This document shows positions 58,489 to 64,000 of a stretch of 64,000 nt of DNA, in pieces (the stretch's first letter is position 1; every line of letters starts with the position of its first letter). The notes beneath the pieces are model-generated. The model was not told the origin of the DNA and made no database searches. It saw only the letters and a list, made by a program, of their open reading frames with translations. Origin of the DNA: Thermoproteota archaeon (GTDB lineage Archaea > Thermoproteota > Thermoprotei_A > Sulfolobales > Ignisphaeraceae). The position numbers and the translations under genes are program-made. The DNA is taken from positions 674,525-738,524 of the forward strand of contig JAUQPB010000001.1 in NCBI GenBank assembly GCA_030550585.1, given 5' to 3'.

Positions 58489-59922
58489 TTGATGGAAGTG
58501 GCTAAACATAAACATGTTTCCTTTTTTACTGTTCTCATCTTTGGACTGTTGCTCGTTTCTTCTCTCTCATATGCTACACACGTATATACATCCTCTGATA
58601 TGGTTGAAGAACACCAGTTGAAGTTGCTATACAATTTTGAAGGCTACGCTATCTTAGCCTATAGTAATCTCACACCGGTGAAAGTCAAGTTTGAACTTGT
58701 GGAGCGGCCGCTCGAGTACATCTTTTTTTCTACTGACTCGAGGGCTCTCATCGACTACGTTAAGGGCACTGACATCTACAGCAATATTTCTCGTATTTTA
58801 GAAGGCGTAGAAATGGTTAAAGTGATATTGTCTTGTAAATACAACGTGAATAGTAGCGACATAATGGTTTCGCGAAGCAACGATACTATAGTAATAACAT
58901 TGCCAGCCGGCCCCTGCATTACTGCCGAGTCTCTACCAGTCCTACTAGGGGTGAAGGGTGGGGTTTACGTTGGACATAGTGGTAACGATACGGCCTTTGT
59001 CAGAATTGTGGTAAATGCTACACCACTGATTAGAGAGGGCTGGAAGATAGTGGCAGACGACCCGTTGCTGAGAGCACTCTTATGCGGCTCTGTAGAAGAT
59101 GTAGCCTGTACTCCAAGAACTATAGAGCTCTCAAGCCCACTGTATAAGATCGTGGGGAGCGAAGTCTATGAAGAGTCGGAGAAAGTGGGGAGCTTCTTCC
59201 CATTCTACATTGGCTACCCCAGAAACGCTACAGAAGTGAAGTCTGTGGTTGAGAACAAGGCAAAGCTATACTATTATAACATAAGTGGCTCAGTCTACAT
59301 GGTCAAGTACCTTAAGAAGTTCGCGAAGTACGGTCAAATGCCTGAAGTCAGAGAAGTCTCAGAAATACATGTATCTCTAATAGACCCCTACTACATATCT
59401 CAAGTGAAAGCCGCAATGGAGCGCCTTGATCCTCTAAGCTTAAGCTATACTTCCATTAAATACTTTATCCCCAATATTTTTGCTATTGCGAATCCCGATG
59501 AAAAGTTGTTTCGGTTAGTACAAGACTTTATTGTAGATGTGTTGCTAGGCAAGAAGCCGCAGATAAGCTTTACTACGACAGAGAGCACGGAACGACCCCC
59601 GTATACAAGTTTCGTAGGCACGAATTCAGAGCCTGAGGTGCAGTACATTTACAGCTATCCAATTGCCATGAGGTTGGTACCGTTAAAGGTTTTGGCACCT
59701 GGATCCGCAGGCAACTCCTCGTTCTTTCTCCACATAATATTCTTGGAGAACATTCACTACGAAGAAATCGACCCATACTCTATTTACATAGGCTACTACG
59801 AGGTTCCACGCGAAGCTGCTGATTGCTGGCTATGCAGGTGGATACCGATAGTTATCACCTTGTCTGCTCTGATCGCTACTGTAGCACTGATTGCTTACTT
59901 TAAAAAGAGGAGATCGTCATGA
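58489..59922 (+). CDS. Surface-anchored extracellular protein (477 aa)
   Basis: N-terminal signal peptide (VSFFTVLIFGLLLVSSLSYA), beta-rich body with several NxS/T sequons, and a C-terminal TM helix plus KKRRSS tail. Confidence 0.6.
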   Translation: MMEVAKHKHVSFFTVLIFGLLLVSSLSYATHVYTSSDMVEEHQLKLLYNFEGYAILAYSNLTPVKVKFELVERPLEYIFFSTDSRALIDYVKGTDIYSNISRILEGVEMVKVILSCKYNVNSSDIMVSRSNDTIVITLPAGPCITAESLPVLLGVKGGVYVGHSGNDTAFVRIVVNATPLIREGWKIVADDPLLRALLCGSVEDVACTPRTIELSSPLYKIVGSEVYEESEKVGSFFPFYIGYPRNATEVKSVVENKAKLYYYNISGSVYMVKYLKKFAKYGQMPEVREVSEIHVSLIDPYYISQVKAAMERLDPLSLSYTSIKYFIPNIFAIANPDEKLFRLVQDFIVDVLLGKKPQISFTTTESTERPPYTSFVGTNSEPEVQYIYSYPIAMRLVPLKVLAPGSAGNSSFFLHIIFLENIHYEEIDPYSIYIGYYEVPREAADCWLCRWIPIVITLSALIATVALIAYFKKRRSS

Positions 59923-60758
59923 GGGTTCTGCTACTAAATAAGATAGCGTTAGTATTCCTCGTAGTAGCACTAACTCTTACTGCATACGTTGCTACCGAGC
60001 CTGTAGCTGATATTGCATCGCGTTACTACGGCGTTGAATTCAGCAGGTTCTATAGTTTCGAATATATTCGTGTTACTGAAATACTGACTAGAGCGATTGA
60101 CGGCCCTCTACCGATCATTAGTAGAGGACTCACATCAAGTACGACGTTCAACAACCTCCTCCAAACGGCCTCTGATAAGTACCCTATTATTAGTAACGTG
60201 TACCGTGGAATAATCATTGGAGACGCCATCAATAGGTTTTACACCTTCAGCCTTCCAATGGCAATTATCTTTTCATCGATATTCTACGTGGTAGTCCTAG
60301 ACGCTATGAGTATACGCAGAATACTCCAGGTGATAGCGTCCATAGGCATAAGGAGGTACTGGTTCAACATCGTTATTCTCGCACTAATGTCAAGCCTAGC
60401 TTATGTAGCGACACTTGCTCTCCCTGTGTCACTTTATGTATGCCCCTCGTGTAGCTTGTGGGATAAATTCGTGGGTTTCTTCTCCTTGTTTACGCTGTTC
60501 TCGATAGTTCTCTTGTCAGAAGCTCTCGTATATGTGCTGGTCTGGAATGCCTTGCCAGCACTACTCGTGGGTATGTCAACCTCCATAGTTTTCTTAAGCT
60601 ACCCGGAGCAAGTGGCGGAAATTCTCAAGGACTCTATAAGACTGTTTGGATTAGAAGTTCAAGACCCCATATCGGTTCATACACTTCTAAACCTGGTCTT
60701 CTTGTTACTACTGTTTCTTGCAACATACGTAGTAATTGTTAAGAGGGAGGTGTATTGA
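59919..60758 (+). CDS. Polytopic membrane protein, ABC-2-type permease-like (279 aa)
   Basis: N-terminal TM, a large first loop, then about 5 more TM helices. 4-nt overlaps with both neighbours. Confidence 0.55.
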   Translation: MRVLLLNKIALVFLVVALTLTAYVATEPVADIASRYYGVEFSRFYSFEYIRVTEILTRAIDGPLPIISRGLTSSTTFNNLLQTASDKYPIISNVYRGIIIGDAINRFYTFSLPMAIIFSSIFYVVVLDAMSIRRILQVIASIGIRRYWFNIVILALMSSLAYVATLALPVSLYVCPSCSLWDKFVGFFSLFTLFSIVLLSEALVYVLVWNALPALLVGMSTSIVFLSYPEQVAEILKDSIRLFGLEVQDPISVHTLLNLVFLLLLFLATYVVIVKREVY

Positions 60759-61144
60759 GGAGGATACACTACTACTATCTCGCATGGATAGCTATACCCC
60801 TAGTCATACTCTCCACATCCCTTTTTGCTATTCACAATCATCTCTACTCAGAGACGTACTCCTATAGCTTGCAACTTGTCAGCAGTGAGGGTTATACTGA
60901 CGGCTTCCTCGCCTATATGCCACTAACCGGTACACTTCAAGTAAGCCTGGTGTGTCAAGGAGGGGGAGATATTAAAGTTAACGTAAGTGTGGTTGCCGAG
61001 ACGAGGACAAGCCTACACCTTTCCTGTAACAATACTGTTACAGTCAAGGTGGAGAAGCCTGGACTCGTCATGGTTTATGCGAGAGTGGAAGAGGTTAAGG
61101 GTGGAGGTGTAGAAGCATGGCTGAGAGCACAGGTAAAGCCGTAG
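60755..61144 (+). CDS. Membrane-anchored small beta-sandwich-like protein (129 aa)
   Basis: One N-terminal TM helix followed by a beta-rich ~95-aa domain. Translationally coupled on both sides. Confidence 0.45.
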   Translation: MRRIHYYYLAWIAIPLVILSTSLFAIHNHLYSETYSYSLQLVSSEGYTDGFLAYMPLTGTLQVSLVCQGGGDIKVNVSVVAETRTSLHLSCNNTVTVKVEKPGLVMVYARVEEVKGGGVEAWLRAQVKP

Positions 61145-61971
61145 TAGAAGTTGTTGACGTCGGAAAGAAGTATGGAGGTCGCTGGGTTCTGAGACATGTA
61201 AAGCTGCTTGTCAATCCCCGTGACAGGATTGTAATTATGGGACCTAATGGAAGCGGTAAATCAACACTCGTGAAAATACTAATGGGGCTCACAAGCCCGA
61301 GCGAGGGCTTCGTGAAAATACTCGGCGAGCGCGTTGGGAAAGCCGGCTTCGACAAATTGAGGCGTAGTATAGGGTATATGCCGGAGAAAACCACGCTTCC
61401 AGGCGAGATGAGAGTTGAGGACTACCTCTCTCTATTTGCCGAGTTAAGGGGGTGCACCTATGATGATTTAGCTGAATCCCTGGGGCTAAAAGCATTCTAC
61501 AAAGCCAAGATAAGTACCTTGTCGCAGGGCTACCAGCGCAGAGTAATGCTTGCTGCTGCACTACTTGGCAAACCACGGCTCATTATCCTCGACGAGCCAT
61601 ATGCCAATCTCGACATAGGCTCGCGATTTGCAATAGACGAGCTTCTCCAGAGCTACTCCAAGGACCTTACACTCATTATGACTACCCACGTGAAACCTGG
61701 TCTAAGTGGTTTTAGAACAGTACTGTTAATGAACGGTAATGTCATCGGCAGCGTACTGTATGAAGACGACTATGTTGAAATCAGCCTAACCTGTGGAAAT
61801 AAACGTGAAGTACTTAGGGTTTACGCCAAAGACAAGGGGCACTCAGAAAAAGTGATGGCATTCAATAAATTGATAAGAGAGGGGTGTATCATAGAAGACA
61901 TTGATGTGGTAACTTTCGAAAGCATCCTCCGCGAAATGCTATCTCATCAGGCTAAACCCACATCCTTTTAG
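61117..61971 (+). CDS. ABC-2/DrrA-type ABC transporter ATP-binding protein with an extra C-terminal domain
   Basis: Walker A GPNGSGKST, signature LSQGYQRRV, Walker B LIILDEP, H-loop MTTH. About 70-aa C-terminal extension. Confidence 0.85.
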   Translation: MAESTGKAVVEVVDVGKKYGGRWVLRHVKLLVNPRDRIVIMGPNGSGKSTLVKILMGLTSPSEGFVKILGERVGKAGFDKLRRSIGYMPEKTTLPGEMRVEDYLSLFAELRGCTYDDLAESLGLKAFYKAKISTLSQGYQRRVMLAAALLGKPRLIILDEPYANLDIGSRFAIDELLQSYSKDLTLIMTTHVKPGLSGFRTVLLMNGNVIGSVLYEDDYVEISLTCGNKREVLRVYAKDKGHSEKVMAFNKLIREGCIIEDIDVVTFESILREMLSHQAKPTSF

Positions 61972-62170
61972 CACACCACACTAGCATACCTGAGTTTTTA
62001 CAACACAAGCTCCAACATTAGGAGCAAAACTCCTTGAATACCCTGGCTGTGAGCCACTAGGCACAGTCCCGAAATCGATGCTGACAAGGAATGGGTATCT
62101 GTGATCGATATCCTCCACCCAGGCCCCGTTTTATTCACACAATCTCATTTTTTACCTGTTCAAGCCTTCT

Positions 62171-62198
62171 CTAGCCTTTGGAGCCGATGGTATTTCCA
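62171..62198 (+). repeat. Right att-like copy: decayed tRNA-Arg anticodon-arm segment fused to GATGGTATTTCCA
   Basis: CTAGCCTTTGGAGCCGATGGT matches tRNA positions 57753-57773 at 17/21. The following ATTTCCA completes the 13-mer repeat. Confidence 0.7.
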
Positions 62199-62399
62199 TT
62201 AAATAGTTCCCTGCGTATTATTCTCAATGATGCAGATAGTAATGGCTCTAGATTTTTTAGAAGATTGAATGGGGTTGAGTTCGACAGCTGAATAAACATC
62301 GCTTCTAGGGCTGTCAATCACTATTTACATGGAACGATGGAGTTAGTTATGTTGTCATGGAGGCGAAATGCTTATATATTGGTTTAGCCTGGTTTTACC

Positions 62400-62684
62400 T
62401 TGGGTGGGCTTGGTTTGGCTCTTAGGTTGAGGGTTGGGAGGAAGGGCTATATAATTTTGCCGAAGGCTGTTCGCGATGTTTTCGGTATTGATGAGGGTGA
62501 TGAGCTTATTGTTGAGATTAGAGATGGTATTGTTCTTAAGCCTGCTAAGAGGGGTGTAGACATTGAGAAACTCAGAGAGTCTCTGAGGAGGCATGTAGAA
62601 AAGCTTGCAAGTCTCCCCTCGAGAAAAGAGCCTAGGCCAGGGGAACTAGCGAAAATGTATCTTGAGGAGGAGTTTGAGGAGTGA
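62400..62684 (+). CDS. vapB: VapB antitoxin, AbrB/SpoVT-fold
   Basis: Swapped-hairpin pattern RKGYIILPKAVRDVFGIDEGDELIVEIRDGIVLKP. 4-nt overlap with the PIN gene. Confidence 0.8.
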   Translation: MGGLGLALRLRVGRKGYIILPKAVRDVFGIDEGDELIVEIRDGIVLKPAKRGVDIEKLRESLRRHVEKLASLPSRKEPRPGELAKMYLEEEFEE

Positions 62685-63085
62685 AGGTCTTCATAGACTC
62701 CCCACTTCTCATATACCTCAACACCGTAGCAGATCCCAAGACTAGGATTATCTACGAGAACTTCTATATAGATATACTGACTAGGTATAAGCCGTATACT
62801 GATGTACTCGTACTCGATGAGCTAATCCACGTCTCTAAAAAGAAGTATGGCATTCCATACAACATAACAATAGAGTTTATAGAGTCAAATGTGCTTCCAT
62901 ACATATCTGTAATAAGCCTAGGCGAAGAGGAGTATAAGCAGGCGATAAAATTCCTACTAGACTACAACCTTAAACCATCAGACTCACTCCACCTAGGAGC
63001 AATGGTCAACAACGGTATAAACACCATTGTTAGCGAGGACAGCGAATTAGATAAAGTACCCATAGTGAAGAGGTTGTGGGTATAG
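62681..63085 (+). CDS. vapC: VapC toxin, PIN-domain ribonuclease
   Basis: GTG start. Acidic PIN residues in VFIDSPLL, VLDEL, PSDSLHL, VSEDSELD. 134 aa. Confidence 0.85.
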   Translation: MKVFIDSPLLIYLNTVADPKTRIIYENFYIDILTRYKPYTDVLVLDELIHVSKKKYGIPYNITIEFIESNVLPYISVISLGEEEYKQAIKFLLDYNLKPSDSLHLGAMVNNGINTIVSEDSELDKVPIVKRLWV

Positions 63086-63227
63086 CTAAATACCCTGCAT
63101 CTCACTATTTTTGTAGAAATTGTAGAAAATCGGAAAATCCGAGGAAGTATACAAGTCGGTGTTGCTATAGTATTTCATAGGGTAACCCGTTACTGTGAAG
63201 ATAGGGTATAGTTACTTTAACTAATTA

Positions 63228-63494
63228 TTGCAGCCATACATACTATTGGTTCCAGCATTAACTGTCAGCTCAAACCATACATACAGTGTTTCGGCGATTG
63301 ATAGGTACGGCCCTGTCGCCATCTACTCCGAGAATAGTGTAGCAATATACGCGTTTGGCGAAGAGCTCTTCAACTACACCTATAGAAATGTGTATGTCTA
63401 CATCAAAAGTAACTACATTATCGAGGGTGAAGACAAAATCCAAAACTATACGATATGGTCAATAGGTATCTGCCGGCAAACCAGTATGAATTAA
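63228..63494 (+). CDS. Hypothetical ORF (88 aa)
   Basis: TTG start, Tyr/Asn-rich beta-like sequence. Overlaps the next ORF by 40 nt in another frame, so a frameshifted larger gene is possible. Confidence 0.3.
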   Translation: MQPYILLVPALTVSSNHTYSVSAIDRYGPVAIYSENSVAIYAFGEELFNYTYRNVYVYIKSNYIIEGEDKIQNYTIWSIGICRQTSMN

Positions 63495-63724
63495 ACTTAA
63501 GCACTGTAAAAGCAGATACTTGGGGAGAAGAACAAATCGCTAACCTCTTCAACGAGAAAATAGGTTATCCAGTTGTTGAAGGAGCAAAAGAATATGGTAG
63601 CACACCTCTAGTAATTATAAAAGTAATTATAAAGAATACATGGGGTATGAGGTTTGGCAAACTCATTAAGATTGCTAGGAAAGTGGCGAGAGGTACAATG
63701 AAAGAGTGGAGATTATTGAAATGA
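63455..63724 (+). CDS. Hypothetical ORF (89 aa)
   Basis: ORF with a basic C-terminus. ATGA overlap with the following ORF. Confidence 0.3.
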   Translation: MVNRYLPANQYELNLSTVKADTWGEEQIANLFNEKIGYPVVEGAKEYGSTPLVIIKVIIKNTWGMRFGKLIKIARKVARGTMKEWRLLK

Positions 63725-64000
63725 ACCCATTTGAAGAGTTCTCTAGCGGAGAATACAATGAATCGCTGATAGCTTTGGAAATCATGAAAATTGTTGAGGA
63801 AAATGGTCTGGCAAATACTGTAACCGGTGTAGGTGTAAAGATTCCAGCACCTAAAATATATGCTGTCTTAGAACTCGACTCAGATGCGCTAGAAACCACT
63901 GCACAAAGTAAACACATCAATGCAAATAAGCTAATTCAATACATCATAGACAAGCTGAGGGAAAGAACACCTGAAGAAATACTACTATCCACCATCGTTA
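63721..64000 (+). CDS. Hypothetical ORF, 3' end outside window
   Basis: ATG at 63721 overlaps the upstream stop (ATGA). The frame stays open to the window edge (MNPFEEFSSGEYNESLIALEIMKIVEENG...). Not in the ORF track because no stop is reached. Confidence 0.4.
   Translation, partial: MNPFEEFSSGEYNESLIALEIMKIVEENGLANTVTGVGVKIPAPKIYAVLELDSDALETTAQSKHINANKLIQYIIDKLRERTPEEILLSTIV

Larger units (their letters stand above)
57803..62198 (+). mobile_element. Decayed integrated element inserted at tRNA-Arg(UCG)
   Basis: Imperfect att repeats (57753-57833 versus 62171-62198). A start-less ORF reads out of the tRNA gene. CpG and CGN-codon-rich cargo relative to the flanking trp genes (rough counts by eye). 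Confidence 0.6.

Noticed and set aside
62227-62291. A C/D box sRNA-like arrangement (AUGAUGC ... CUGA, about 65 nt apart).
   Set aside because: The C box is imperfect. No acceptable D' or C' box exists at 12-nt spacing, and there is no terminal stem.
63112-63130. A tandem TGTAGAAAT/TGTAGAAAAT duplication downstream of vapC.
   Set aside because: There are only two short copies in A/T-rich intergenic DNA, which gives no basis for a functional claim.
1-64000. A search for CRISPR arrays, rRNA genes, transposases/IS elements and further tRNAs in the window's intergenic regions (read by eye).
   Set aside because: I saw no regularly spaced direct repeats, no rRNA-like conserved blocks and no DDE/transposase-like ORFs. 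The only T-loop-containing sequences are tRNA-Arg (57724-57802) and the fragment at 46212-46250.

Overview
The window looks like a chromosomal segment of a hyperthermophilic crenarchaeon, probably Desulfurococcales-like. This is inferred from gene content: split transketolase, GHMP-type shikimate kinase, PurP, GatD, L35Ae, an ESCRT-III/CdvB paralog, XPD, a GPN-loop GTPase, an ATP-dependent DNA ligase, and TATA boxes about 25-30 nt upstream of start codons. Layout: 0-15 kb holds housekeeping and uncharacterised genes (P-type ATPase, XPD, a surface Lon-like S16 protease, and a tightly coupled five-gene operon with a SprT-like peptidase, a DUF429-like nuclease and a SplB-like radical SAM enzyme). 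15.9-21.8 kb holds GH36 and GH35 glycosidases and an orphan corrinoid protein. 21.9-24.9 kb is a divergent metal ABC-uptake locus with a NikR-like regulator and twin palindromic operators. 25-36 kb holds purB, purP, an orphan gene pair, AK6/Fap7, ESCRT-III, L35Ae, a candidate C/D box sRNA, DNA ligase, gatD, a DsbA-like protein and a GPN GTPase. 36.5-57.6 kb is a plus-strand aromatic amino acid supercluster (split tkt, tyrA, DAHP synthase, aroB-E-C-K-A-D, then trpB-A-D-F-E-G-C and pheA). It is interrupted at 45.9-50.2 kb by a minus-strand accessory block containing a decayed PfkB-kinase 5' fragment, an orphan tRNA 3' half, a degenerate ABC cassette and 0.8 kb without ORFs. tRNA-Arg(UCG) lies at 57724-57802. 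It is followed by what I read as a decayed integrated element (57.8-62.2 kb). Its signs are imperfect att repeats, a start-less ORF reading out of the tRNA gene, CpG-rich cargo encoding a surface protein, and an ABC-2-like exporter. A VapBC pair and small unknown ORFs follow. I saw no rRNA, CRISPR array or transposase. All product calls rest on motifs read by eye from the ORF translations. No database search was possible.
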